Positions 51,086 through 64,000 of a stretch of 64,000 bases of DNA are shown here, piece after piece. This DNA comes from Mytilus edulis (lineage: Eukaryota): NCBI RefSeq assembly GCF_963676685.1, contig NC_092344.1, positions 49,662,001 through 49,726,000 on the forward strand. The letters are read 5' to 3'. Every line of letters begins with the position of its first letter. Position 1 is the first letter of the stretch. Position numbers and translations under genes: made by a program. The notes beneath the pieces are model-generated. The model was not told the origin of the DNA. It saw nothing but the letters and a program-made list of their open reading frames with translations, and ran no database searches.

Positions 51086-54000
51086 TTCTAAGTCTGAAAT
51101 TTAGAGGAAACATATCCTTACTTACAAAATAGAAGTTCAAGTAATTTAATAGGAATTATGTAAATAGTGAAAATAAAGTTTCAATCTATCAATGCAATAT
51201 GATTTTACAAAGAAATTAGGTTCACATTACAATTTAGAAAGATAGGATGTATATTCACGGATTAACAAATGCAGAAAAAAGATCTTTCATAACTTACATT
51301 GATTGTCAAGTATAAGTATAAGATATACATTTACCTTTACAGTATTAAAACTTAAGAAAAAAACATTACTTCGAATGATTAATAACTTGAATATCGCAAA
51401 TAATCATTTCATTCCGAATTAAACTTCCGATGGATTTAAAAACACAGTAAACATCAGTACTTATACTTTAAAGTAGTATGTTGCTACTGTATTTTTATTT
51501 TAATTACTAAAATCAACACTAAAATGTTAAACAGTGCACAACGCTTTAAACTTTTTAAATCCATTTTTCTAAACCTTTAACGACTTATTTCTATCTTTGT
51601 TACTATGGCATTTAATATAATTGTTCATAACTGCTTTAATAATTTCTTACCTTTGTTTGGAACAATTCGAATTATTGCTAATGAATAATGTTTTACTGCC
51701 TACAAATCGTTCTTTTATACCGTTTTCAATTATATGTTGTTTATAATACACATGAACACAAGGAAGGTTTATGTTTAACCGCAAATGATGAATTGGTTGA
51801 TTAGTTGCACTTTCAAATGTCACACTGACGTAGTACTAAGGAACTTCAATATATGTCTATATACAAAAATGTTCTCAGGGTCAATGACACATTTTGGTTC
51901 CTCCTACAATCGACACAGTTTTCGTTACGTCATAATACATGTACTTGTTATGAAATATTGTTTTGACCTATTATTAATGTTCTCATATACATTCATGGTA
52001 TATTTGGTAGTAACCAAAGACTTGTACAATATGAAAAAATAATAAACTGAAGTCTTTTATTTCCGTTTAGACGATAATATTAATTTCTGTCAATTGCTTG
52101 GAAAACCGCTGCGTAAAGGTTATCTAGCTGACGTTGGAAAACTCTTTTAAGTTTTGTTTTGAATTTTAAACTTATACGCAATACTAGCGATTTGTCTGCA
52201 TATGGTTTACTAGTATCAAATACACAGGGCTCAGTCAAATATAAGTTACAAATTTTATGAAAAAGAAAACTAAGAATTCCAAAAAAAGTTGAGTTAAATC
52301 TGGGCACCGTCAGTTTTGTCTTGGGATAAAAGAAAATATGTCATGTTTCGTTGCCTGTCGAAATTTTGTATTGAATGTAAAAATTCAGACAATTATCTTT
52401 CTCTTAACTCAGTTTTGAGATTAAAAAAAAACTTGTTCTTTCGTTCCGTATTAATATTTTGTGTTAATTTTTTTTAGGGGGACAAAACGTCTCTGAAGCC
52501 CCTTATCCCATAGCAAAATCAAAATCTCATACACATCAAACGGTATATTACTGACATGGTACAAGCATTTTCTTATGCAGAAAATGGTGGATTAAAACTT
52601 GTTGCATAGTTAGCTAAACCTTTCACTTGTATGACAATTACATCAAATTTCATTATATTGACAACGATGTGTGAACAAAACAAAGAAACATAATAGGTAA
52701 AATGTCAGAAAAAGGGGTACAGCAATACAGAATTGTGTCATTATCTTTATCATTGTAGAAACAAGCAAATATGTAACATAGAAGCACAAAACGTGATATA
52801 GACAGAGCCCATTAGCAAAAATGAAAGACAAGAAAACAAAAATTTACAAAAGCACAATTACGGGATGTATAAGTAAAGATTGACGCAGAGGTCGAAATAA
52901 GCGCTAGCCCCAATTTGCGTCTGACCAGTAGAGTTTGTCAGCTTGTGGTCCGGCGAACCAGTATAAGTCTGTCGATGAAAATATCTGATTGCATGGCAAT
53001 CTCGTTTGGTTTTCGAAATCGATAACGGCGTACCGGGGTACTCAGTATTACAATTGATCAAGTTAATTAATATCTCGGTTGGGCGTCCTTCACAATACAA
53101 AATGTGGAAACTTTTGGAATGATTTAAATCGCCGGACAATAAAAAATAAGTGACATTCAAAAGGAAGTTCAGAAATAAGTTGATAAAATTGACCAAATAT
53201 AATGTAAATATCAAAAAACCTTTGGAAAAGATCTCGAATGGTTAAATCATATAGTCGATCGCAATGCAATGAATAGATAAGAAATGTATTTTTGTAACGG
53301 TATCCTCAAATCTTAAGTCAGATTCTGTACATGTCATGAACAATCAAAACAGCACAAACAAATCTACGGGAATAAAGGAGAGAAAAGCACAATTTGAAAG
53401 AAAAGCAAAGTTTATTATAGAACAAGAAAAAGTACAGAGCCACGTCATATGTATCAAAGTAACACAAAAAGGCATATAGACCAAACACATTAGCAACAAA
53501 GAAAGACAAGAATTTAAAAATTATAATAGAACAATAACACGATGCCGAGATGTTCAAGTACAGAGCCACGTCATAAGTATTACAAAAACTAAAAAAAAAA
53601 GGCATATAGACAAAGCACATAAGCAAAAATAAGACAATTATATACAACTTATCACAAAAAGTACAACAACGTATAACACAATGACGGAATGTATAAGATA
53701 TGAGTCACGTCAAATGGATATCAACAAAAACAGACTAAACAGTTCAAAAGTTATCATTTGATGTTTTATCTGGACATCTGTATGAATATTATATACCATG
53801 TCTGAAAAAAAATCAATATTTACATAATCTTTAACATGCCTGTATATAAATTAAGATATCATAATATTATAAATAATAAGGTTTCAATTCCCTTAGATAT
53901 TTTGACCAAAAATGGATTTTACTATTATTTTATGTCCTTTTTTGTAATGAAAGTCATCAACTGTTGCGATTTATATACCTTCCTGGTGTAAAATATTTGG

Positions 54001-56657
54001 CTTTGAGCGTACATGAGAAAGGCAATCGAGAAAAGCGTTTGAAAGCATACAATTTATAAAGCAATAATTACATATTTTTGAAAATGTCAACAAATTTTCG
54101 ACGTTTCAATAGATAGCCAGACAAGATAAAGAATGGATAATGGTCACTCTTAAAAAATAGGTCCTTCAAATAAAGTTATGTATGTATTGTTGTTAAGATC
54201 GATAGCTGTTAAATGTATCATGATGTAACCACGATATATTAATATATAGACAGAATCTGCCCCTGCAAACCGTACAAGAAACCAACGTTAAATAGAATCA
54301 AAGAATCCGTCAGTTTATTTTTCGACTTATGATTGTGAATGTCCCTTTAAATAGAAGTAAACAATTGAAAAAATCCTTAAGGGAGAGCGACAAAATCATG
54401 ACATGACAAATGAAAATCGATGAAAAGACAAACAGTAGTCCATAAATTTAGGAAAAGAATTAGAAGTGAGAGGATATTATCAAGGTAGTTAAAGGTAGTT
54501 CTTGTATCTTTACAGTTTTCTTGAGAAGCTACTGTTTGGGGTCTGCCTCATATGAATGAAGAAAAAAACGCCAAGTCAGAAGAAAATTTGGCTTCCATTC
54601 GATTGACAAACACATATTAAAAAGGGTAGATGGCAATTATTTTGAAAACGCCAAAGATATATAAAATAGAAAATAACCAAAATGAAAAAAATCCTTTTAT
54701 AGGAAGATGTTAAACCTGTACATAGTCTTTGGTTTACAATAACACTACCAAGAATTTAAATAAAACTATCACACCATTACATTGTTTACCTACCTTTATA
54801 CATATTGATTTAAAACTTCTGATGAAGTAACATTGATAAATGGAATTCACTATAAATCTTTTGTTCAACAGTTTTGTGTATTCCATAATTGTTAGCCTAA
54901 GTTCTTTCTTTCTAATCAGTGTTAAACAGACAGTGTGCATACTAAAGATGTATAAGGTGGTTTAAACAGTTATTTGTAGTACCAAAAAAGAAAATTGAAC
55001 CAGGTCTAAAGTAATTTCATAATCGATGATATATAATATAGAGATACATGAGAAATATAATAGATATTTATTATTTCAAATCGGAGTTTATTTAGGAGTT
55101 TTTATATTTTAACTATTTTTAGTTTCATTTTCTTATATAACTTATATTTGTTTGTATTTTTCTTATATTAAAAAAAAATGTCAATGATCTTTCAATACAT
55201 GCAAGAGTAAAAATAGAATCAAGTGCAAGCAGTTTTTGTGTCATAATTTATTTTATTTTTCATCTACTCAGATTAGTTAAAGTAGTTTTCACCCGAGGTA
55301 TGACGGGTTTTGTGCTGCAATTTGTATAGTTTTCTAGGTTTTGTTTTGTATACTGTTGTCCTTTCGGTGTTTTTTTTTAAATTTTTGCCGCGATGCCGTT
55401 GCGTATTTTTCTCTCTCTGGAGATAAAAATAAAACATAAAAAGAAGTGACCATTCTATCAAGTAACCAAAAGTTATCCAACAGCCAAAAGATATTGGGAA
55501 ATTAAACTAATTTAAGAGTTGATTTATATGTAGATTATATATAAACAATACTTATGAGAATTAATGTTTTGTAACTTAGAGCCTAACACTGTGATAATAA
55601 TTCCTTTTCAATTTTAAGATTGACGATAATAATCTTAATGTAATTTGACCATTGATGACGGAGTAAGAAGAGATGATATACAAAATATATGCGAATTGAT
55701 TTTTTAAAATAATTCAACAGTTTGGTTTTTAATGAGGATGGTTCTCGTCCTTTTTGTAAGCATATGTTCAAGCTTTGTAAAATCAGATACGTCTTTATAA
55801 TTGTTTTGTTTCCAACAACATTTGAACAAAATGTCAGGCAGTGGTTTTCAAGTTATTTCAATTAAACGAAAAAAAAACCACGTCCAAACCATGAGGTTAT
55901 ACAATGCGTTCGGTTAATTTATAAACAGTACAAGTCTTTGATTACAACTAAATTATTAACATGAATATTTAACCATATTATAAGTAAGTGAGAATGATAT
56001 TTCGTAATAACTACATGTAGTATGACATAATGACAAATGTGTTTGTTGTAGGGATAAAACCAAATGACCCTGAGCACACTTTCTTTAAATAAGCATAATC
56101 CAAAACTACACAAAATATGACAGAGTGACATTTAAAAGTTAAAAACAATAATTAATTCATCATTTGCGGTTCAGTTACACACTTCCTTGTGTGTATGTCA
56201 ATTAAAAGAAAAATTACCAAAACGGTATAAAAGAACGATTCTGATGCAATATTTATCATATACTTTTCCGACTGCTTTGAACAAAGGTAAGAAATTATTT
56301 AAACAAACGTAAATCTTATAAAAATAGCATAGATAAACAAAACATTAATTATGCAACTTTGACAACCATAATCAAGAAATAGTTCTTTGAAGAAAAAGAA
56401 AAGCTTAAATAAAGTTTCACATACTAAAAGGTATGAATTATCCAATACTTATTAAAATTTCTGAATGGTAAAACATGGTATTAAAGTGGCAGCAAAGCAA
56501 ACATAGAAGTTGTAAGAAAGAATCATTCTTCAGTAGCTTAATTAAGAATGGTTTATCAAAAAGTGTGCACAGCAATTGAAAATCAAGAGACACATACACA
56601 TCTTTATTCCAGTAACATATAATATTAATACTGTGGGTTTTTTCAGAATTTCTAAAG

Positions 56658-58610
56658 ATGATGAGATTCCAGACCTTTTTCTTTTTGATGGCATTGACCA
56701 CCATGACAGTAGCCGGTAAGTAATTAGTTATCAAAAGTACCAGGATTATAATTTTATACGCCAGACGCGCGTTTCGTCTACATAAGACTCATCAGTGACG
56801 CTCAGATCAAAATAGTTAAAAAGCCAAACAAATACAAAGTTAAAGAGCATTGAGGACCCAAAATTCCAAAAAGTTGTGCCAAACACGGCTAAGGTAATCT
56901 ACTCCTGGGGTAAGAAAATCCTTAGTTTTTCGAATAATTCAAAGTTTTGTAAACAGAAAATTTATAAAAATGACCATGTAATTGATATTCATGTCAACAC
57001 CGAAGTGTTGACTACTGGGCTGGTGATACCCTCGGGGACGAAACGTCCACCAGCAGTGGCAACTATTCAATTTGCTTTCTTCAAGTTTAACAGAAGTGTT
57101 TTGGGTTTTATTATACAAAAATCTAAATGCCTTACTATCAAAAAATTTAAAAAATATAATTTCAATACTTATTATTTTATCATTTGTATATTCTTGAAAA
57201 AAATTTAACACAAAGTTTTCTGTTTTGAATTGAATCAGATTTGTCATGTGGAGTCTTTCAATACGGTATGGCCTGGATCCGTACGTTCACTGCAGTTGTT
57301 AACGTCCTATGCATTTCATCTATAGCAAATAGCTATCTAATTGGCAAACATATAAGATATCCTTACATTTATAAGAGAGACGAAAGATACCAGAGGGAGA
57401 GTCAAACTCATAGGTTGAAAATAAACTGACAACGCCATGGCTAAAAATAAACAGACAAATAATAGTAAAGAAGACACAAAATAGAAAACTAAAGACTAAG
57501 CAACGCGAACCCAACCAATAACTAGTGGTGATCTCGGGTGCTCCGAAAGGGTAAGCAGATCCTGCTTCATATATGGCACCTGTCGTGTTGCTTAAGTCAT
57601 TATAAATTCGGTAACTAGTCTAATTCGGTATGTCACATTCGTGAAAAGGGAAAGGTATTGTAGTTACGACATAAGGAACATATCCGATATCATCTGTGAA
57701 ACTTACATATACACAAGAGCGAACTTTTATTGTTTTTATATTACTAGAATTCTGAAAGTTATATAAAATGTCAGATCTTCATTTTACAGTTTATGCACCA
57801 ACTGAAAAACATGCATTAGATAAACATGGAGTTGAAAAGGTTTTACTGGTCGAGAACTCAGTTGGAAGAAACATCAACAGGCGTCGTGGTGGCGAATCTC
57901 TTTCTTTACTGGATGTCATTGATGCAAGTAGACGAACAGGATCAAGAGCTGGAGCTGTTGGTACATCTCATGGAATAGGAAATGAATTTCTAACACACGG
58001 GTCATCAACCAGTATAGGATTGTCTGGTGGTTCTCTTGGAAGTAGGACCTCTGTATCAAGAGACTCTTTAGCTGGTTTGTCTCGTGCTTTATCTGACGAT
58101 GACAGTATCAGTAATTGTCATTATGGGTGTGGAGATGACAAGTTGTGTCGTTCAGGACATAAATGTGTACATGATGGTTGTAGCAGTTACTGCGTTGACA
58201 TTTCTTCTAGAAGTTCATCATCTGGATTGACCAGAGTTTCAAGTAATGATGGTCATATATCATCTGGCAGCAGAATTGGTACATCTGGTCTGGCTAGAAA
58301 TTTTGATCTCTCTCGCAGTTCTCGTTTGGAATCTATTGGTAGTGGCCGTGGAGTGTCTGGCCATTCAGGTTCTGATATTCTTGACGCAATCAGCTCTAGA
58401 CGAGTTGGACTAGACACAGTTTCTGTCAGACGTAGTGGATTAGGTCGTATTTCTGGTTCGGGACTCGTTTCGCAGTCTGTGGTAGGAGGAAAAACAGATT
58501 GCAAAAATGACTGTTTTAGTGATGGAGATTGTCCAACGAGCAAATACTGTGCATCTGTGAATTGTCACATGATTTGTAGAAGAAGACCGTCTAATGGATA
58601 CACAGGATAA
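56658..58610 (+). CDS. Secreted Gly/Ser/Arg-rich protein with two six-Cys WAP-like domains, copy 8 (long type, 292 aa)
   Basis: Coding exons 56658-56715 (MMRFQTFFFLMALTTMTVA) and 57790-58610. Intron 2 is enlarged by repeat insertions. TATAAAAG at ~56226. Confidence 0.9.
56723..57060 (-). mobile_element. ~340-bp hammerhead-containing repeat (retrozyme/Penelope-like) inserted 7 bp after the exon-2 donor of copy 8
   Basis: Absent in paralog copy 4, where GTAAGTA|AACTATTC is contiguous. Same family at ~7838, 11532, 32238, 60575 and 60800. Confidence 0.75.
56758..56801 (-). ncRNA. Intact minimal type I hammerhead ribozyme
   Basis: Minus strand reads GCGTCA CTGATGA GTCT TATGT AGAC GAAA C GCGC G TC TGGCGT: full core, 4-bp stem II, palindromic GCGC loop III, GUC cleavage triplet, and stem I CGTCA/TGGCG. 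Confidence 0.85.
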
Positions 58611-60144
58611 AAAACCTATCACCGAAATCCAGACTTTGAAATCTTATTTATATCTTTTATACAATAAAATTTTGCAATCAGTTTGTGTTAACTGTGAGAA
58701 TTTTTCGTATAACATCACAAAATGTCGATAATTCAGGCTTAAAAGCAAGCGTTTTAGTAATGAGAAAATTTTAAAACATACAAATATACACAGAGAAACG
58801 AAGAAACGATAATAAAACACATATACAATAATTGACAACACAATATTTTCAGACAAAAATTGTCCGTTGAACCCTCCTTGTCAAACTTACTGCTTATATA
58901 ACAATGTTTAGAATGCCGATAATATGCCTACGTGGCAGGAATAAAGTACAAACAAACGTAAGAAACACCGGTACAGAGAAATACTTAAATATATTTTATG
59001 ATAACACATTACAAGTTGTAAACCGCAGATTACCAACGGACAATTTCCACGAATTAACGACAAAAAACAGTTATGAAAGAATGTAGAGCAATAATTGCAA
59101 TCTTTTTATCTCCCAGTTGATTCGACATAACAGGGCCTGCAGCATCCCATCGGGATTCCTTTGCTAGATATTTGCTGCTTACATAATCTACTTAAAAGCT
59201 TATAAACAAAGAGTTTCCATTGGTGAAATCGCAGTTATCCCTTTGATAATTTAACGGACGTACCACGATTTGGTTACTTGTAATGTAATTCCAATTCACA
59301 GACTACGGCGGATAATTTTAATTGCTTTAACCATAATCTCATACACTTTCTCCAGATTTTGACGTATCAAACTTTTTATAACTTAGAAGAGTTTTTTAAG
59401 AAACAAATATCCAGCAACATTTTCTTAACAATTCTAAAGACAAATCATTATCGTGTTTCAAAATCAACTAAGGCTTTTCTAAACAAAGATAACTTAATAT
59501 TGGCCAAATTTGAAGCCACTTTTTTTTAATTTCATTGTTCAATGTCCTTAAATTTGTTATTGATTTGCTCTCCGTGACACCAGTGAATCTATTACAGACA
59601 AAAGCAAGTTTTGTGTATACAATTAAATTACAAACGTAAAGTGAATAGAATTTCAAAGCAGAAGTTTTTTTAAATAGTTATAAGAAAAAAATCCCATAGT
59701 CTATAAGAAAAATAAAAGACATCAGTTTTTCCTTCAAATAATACAAGTCTCCGGCTTCTACCAAATATGTTAATATCAAACTTTACAAATCGGTCACAAC
59801 AACATTTCGTAATACATGCATATATTATGATGTCGTTTAATGTTTGTCTGTTGTAGGAGGAAACAGCATGTGTTATTGATCCCTTGTACTTTTCTTAAGA
59901 TATGCATAATCTGTAATTTTGAAGTAAACAAACATCGTGGCATTTAACATTTTCAACTATAACTAACGAATTCGTCAATTGCGGTTCAGTTAAAATTTCT
60001 TTGTGTGTATGTCAGTTATAAACAAAATAATTGAAAAAGGGTATAAAAGAACGAGTCTGAAGAACAAAACATTATTCATAAGTATTAGTTTCAATTGCTT
60101 CAAACAAAAGTAAGAAATGTAGTTATATAATATACATAATATAA

Positions 60145-60405
60145 GGGAGCTACCATTTGATTTTTAAAGGGGGGGGGGGGGGGGGCTAGGATGAAATTTG
60201 AAAAAAATAGGCAGGACAGGAGTTTTGAGTAAAAAAAAAAGGCAGGATGAGACACTTGCAAACAAAAAGTCAGGACGACAATTTAGGTAAAAAAAAGTCA
60301 GGATAAACTAAAAAAAAAAGGCAGGACCGAACAGATTGAAAAATAAAAAGGCAGGACAGAGATTACAGCTCCCCCCCCCCACATAAAAATCAAATGGTAG
60401 CTCCC
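60145..60405. mobile_element. PIF/Harbinger-type MITE in intron 1 of copy 9
   Basis: TIR GGGAGCTACCATTTGATTTT / AAAATCAAATGGTAGCTCCC, TSD TAA, internal A-run+GCAGGA repeats and G/C runs. Confidence 0.85.
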
Positions 60406-60571
60406 TAAGCCATTAAAGAATTTGAGAAAGGATCAATAAAAAAAATAGGGTACAAATGACTCAACACTCTTTAAAAAATGTCTTTATATTTAAAAATGAT
60501 ATTACAGTTAAAGAACATTTAAGAACCAGTTACGGCTGGTAAAAAAGAAACATTATAAAACGATGTTATAA

Positions 60572-60908
60572 AGTTATCAAAGGTACAAGGCTTATACATG
60601 GCATTTAGTACACCACAAGCGTGTTTCGTCTACATAAGACTCATCAGTGACGAGCAGATCAAAATAGTTAGAGAGCTAAACAAGTACAAAGATGAAGTAC
60701 ATTGATGACCCAGTATAGAATTTTATATTAAAACTTGTGCATTGAGCAACTAAACTTTATTAATTCAAATAATGTAAAGGTGAGAGACACACATAATAGT
60801 TATCAAAAGTACCAGGATTATAATCTAGTACGCCAGCACCGCGTTTCGTCCACATAAGACTCATCAGTGACGCTCATATCAAAATATTTATAAAGACAAA
60901 CAAGTACC
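60572..60908 (-). mobile_element. Two tandem degenerate hammerhead-repeat fragments
   Basis: Both retain TTTCGTC.ACATAAGACTCATCAGTGACG (~60624-60652 and ~60844-60872), but the stem III/cleavage sites are mutated. Confidence 0.7.
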
Positions 60909-61791
60909 AATAACTGTATGTTCAAATAAAATAACTACTTCGAAATATAATGCATTACCATAACATTCTTTTGTTTTGTTCTAATATATATATGTAAGTG
61001 AAAACCTAACTGACATAATTGTTTGAAATATTGAAGATACTAATGAGTATATGCATTGCTTAAAGACCATTCATGCCATTGGAATACTATGTTTTATTGA
61101 TAAAAAAAAATATGAAATTTCAAATCATGTAAAAAATGCTATTTTCCTTCAATGCCCTGTTCGTTATTTGTTAATTCTTGTATTAACTTCTATCATATCT
61201 TTCTGATGTCTTATTGCCATACAATCTCTCTGAAATATGATTTTTGTATAATTATTTCTTGATTAATTTATTTCATACCTTGGGCGGATTAGGCAAATCT
61301 TTTTGAATTTAAAACATATTTACCCCATCACAGAATAAAAGTGTATTGCAGAAATGCGCATTTGGAGTAGTAGTGGGTCCGTTTATGTTACTATTAATGA
61401 GTTTATCGTTTATTATATATATTTGCAGATACCCCTATAAAGTTTCAAAATTTATCTACTTTCGTTATTTATTATTTATTTCTTTAATAATGTTTTTTGT
61501 GAATAGAATCCTTACATAAAATATAAATTGTACACAACTTGAAGCCCGGAAACTAGCGCAATAAAACCTAACCTTTAGCATCGATTGAAGAAATTCTGTC
61601 ATTTCGTTATATACAATAACCAATAATATTCGCATCAATGATTGTGTCCTATATGTAACTGTCTTGTAGGTCTATAACAAAAACAAGCTATGTGTTGATG
61701 CTCACTATTAGTGCGAGTCCTGTGCCGATCCCAGTTTGATATGATTTTGTAAAACATATTTTTTTTGATGTGTATGTTAGAATTGTTAGAG

Positions 61792-63125
61792 ATGATGATA
61801 CGCCAGTCATTTTTCTTTTCGTTGGCATTGGTCACAGTGACACTAGCCGGTAAGAGAAATATTCGATGATTTCTCTAGATTTAAAAGCTATTTTTTATAA
61901 TGTGTTTTCGTTGTTGAGATAAAAAAAAAAACACCTTTTCAAAATCTTAACAAACGGTATAATGTCATTTCATACGAAGGTATCTTACCAACAACTTCAT
62001 ATTTTGGTAGAAGGAAAAATTTGAAAGAATGGTTTGCTGGTTCATATATTTTTTTGCAATGTTGAATCCTTTATAGCTTGCAAAACGGTATGAGTTTTAT
62101 ACAGTGCTAAATCCATACGGTCCCTGTTATATAATAGATAATTGTCTTATTTGCAAATATACCATAACTCATTAAATCAGTTTATAGATTAAGGATAATG
62201 TATATTTGAGAAGATAAAATGTCAGATATATTTTTTTACAGTCTATGCACCCACAGAAAAACATGCATTTGGAGTGGAGAAGGTTTTACTGGTCGAAAGC
62301 AAAGTTGAAAGAAACATAAACAGGCGTCGTGGTGGTGGATCCGTTTCTGTACTTGATGTTATTGATGCACAGACGAGCAGGATCAAGAGGAGTTTGGAAC
62401 ATCTCATGGAATAGACAGTGAATTTATTACACACGGGTCATCTTCCGGTAGAGGACTGTCTGGGGTTACTGTTGGAGGCAGGACCTCTATATCAGGAACT
62501 ATTAGAGGCCTTTCAGCTGTTTTGTCTCGTGCTTTATCTGACGATGACAGTAGCAGTAACTGTCATTATGGGTGTGGAGGCGACAGATTATGTAGTTCAG
62601 GACATAAATGTTGACCTGAGGGTGGTAGCAGTTACTGCGTCGACATTTCATCTGGAAATATAATTGGTGCATCTAGATTGGCAGACTCTATTAGAAGGGT
62701 AAACACGGGGTCAGAAATGATTAGAAGGTCATTATCTGGCTTGACCAGAGTTTAAAGTAATGATGGTCATTTATCATCTGGCAGCAGAATCGGTACATCT
62801 GACTTGGCTAGAAATGTTGATCTCTCTCGCAGTTCTTATTTGGAAACTATAGGCAGTGGCTGTGGAGTTTCTGGTCATTCAGGTTCTGATATTCTTGACG
62901 CAATCAGCTCTGGACCAGTTGAAATAGATACAGTTTCTTTCAGACGTAGTGGATCAGGTCGTACTTCTGGTTCAAGACTCGTTTCTCATTCAGTATTAGG
63001 AGGAAAAACTGATTGTAAAAAAAGACTGTTTTAGTGATGGAGATTGTCCAACGAATAAATACTGTGTTTTTGTTAATTGTCACATGATTTGCAGAAGAAG
63101 ACCGTCTAATGGATATACAGGATAA
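61792..63125 (+). pseudogene. Family copy 9 (divergent long type), frameshifted
   Basis: Signal exon 61792-61849 (MMIRQSFFFSLALVTVTLA) and exon 3 from 62242. Frameshifts at ~62368, ~62395 and in the A-run at ~63020. Both Cys domains remain recognisable. TATA 60042-60049, exon-1 donor 60110. Confidence 0.85.
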
Positions 63126-64000
63126 TAGCCTATCATCGAAATCCAGACTTTGAAATCGTATTTAAATTTTTTATACAATGAAATTTTGCAATCAGTTTGT
63201 GTTAACAGTGAGATTTTTTCGCATTACATCGTAAAATGGCGATAATTCAGGCTGAAAAACAAACTATACAAAAAAGAAATACAACATACAGACATATTCC
63301 CGTTTGAATGGTTTCACAATAGTAATTTTTGGGCCCTTTATACTTGTTGTTTGGTGTGAGCCAAGGCTCCGTGTTGAAGGCCGTCCATTGACCTATAATG
63401 TTTTACTTTTATAAATTGTTATTTGGATGGAGAGTTGTCTCAGTGGCACTCATACGACATCTTCCTGTATATAAGAACGGAGATACGAAGAAACGGTAAT
63501 ATATATGCTTATATCACGACGTTTCTGTCTTAAATTGAAGTGGCCGCAACCGTGTTCATTCTTAATATTTTAATGTAAGTTGTGTTTGATGATAATGCAT
63601 AACATCTATAAAGGTTATACACGGTTGCTGCCATTTTTATTTTTGACAAAACCATCTGAAAAAGATCTAGAGCCATATTATGACTTATTTGACAGATTTG
63701 TCATTTAAGCTTGAATTTGATCGTATAAAATAACTACATCAGTTTAAATCTTACAATTAAACATGTTAAACTAATTCAATCGACTGAAGTATACATTACC
63801 TTTCATCAGACGAACCTGTAGTTTGAAGCCAACATTGGCCCTTACCGGACCTACTCCTTTGTAAACAAAATAAGGTATGCGTTTCGTTTACAAAGACTCA
63901 TGTTACCATCAGACATTCCGACAAAATGAATTCAGAGTGGTCAAACTAATTAGTATTATAATACGAGCACTCAGTACAGTATTATGTACAGGAAAACATT

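Noticed and set aside
53990-54050. Possible further hammerhead (also ~7838-7884 and ~63877-63902)
   Set aside because: The catalytic core is truncated or too degenerate to call.

Overview
AT-rich eukaryotic (animal) genomic DNA with GT-AG introns; the repeat content suggests a bivalve, probably a Mytilus-like mussel (inference). The window is dominated by a nine-copy cluster (orientations + - + - + - - + +) of one three-exon gene: a short non-coding exon 1 after a TATA box, a 58-nt signal-peptide exon, and a long final exon. The product is a secreted protein with a conserved N-terminal segment, an RRR site, a Gly/Ser/Arg-rich low-complexity body and one (short type) or two (long type) six-cysteine WAP-like domains. 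Seven copies are intact, one has a single nonsense codon and one is frameshifted. The cluster is built from head-to-head pairs and a ~10-kb inverted duplication around an unrelated BTB-BACK-PHR gene. Intergenic and intronic DNA holds DIRS/Ngaro-like remnants, a CACTA element, Harbinger-, Mutator-, Tc1- and Helentron-type non-autonomous elements, hammerhead-ribozyme repeats (retrozyme/Penelope-like) and a young minisatellite. Gene models were assembled by eye from splice signals conserved across paralogs; no database search was run.
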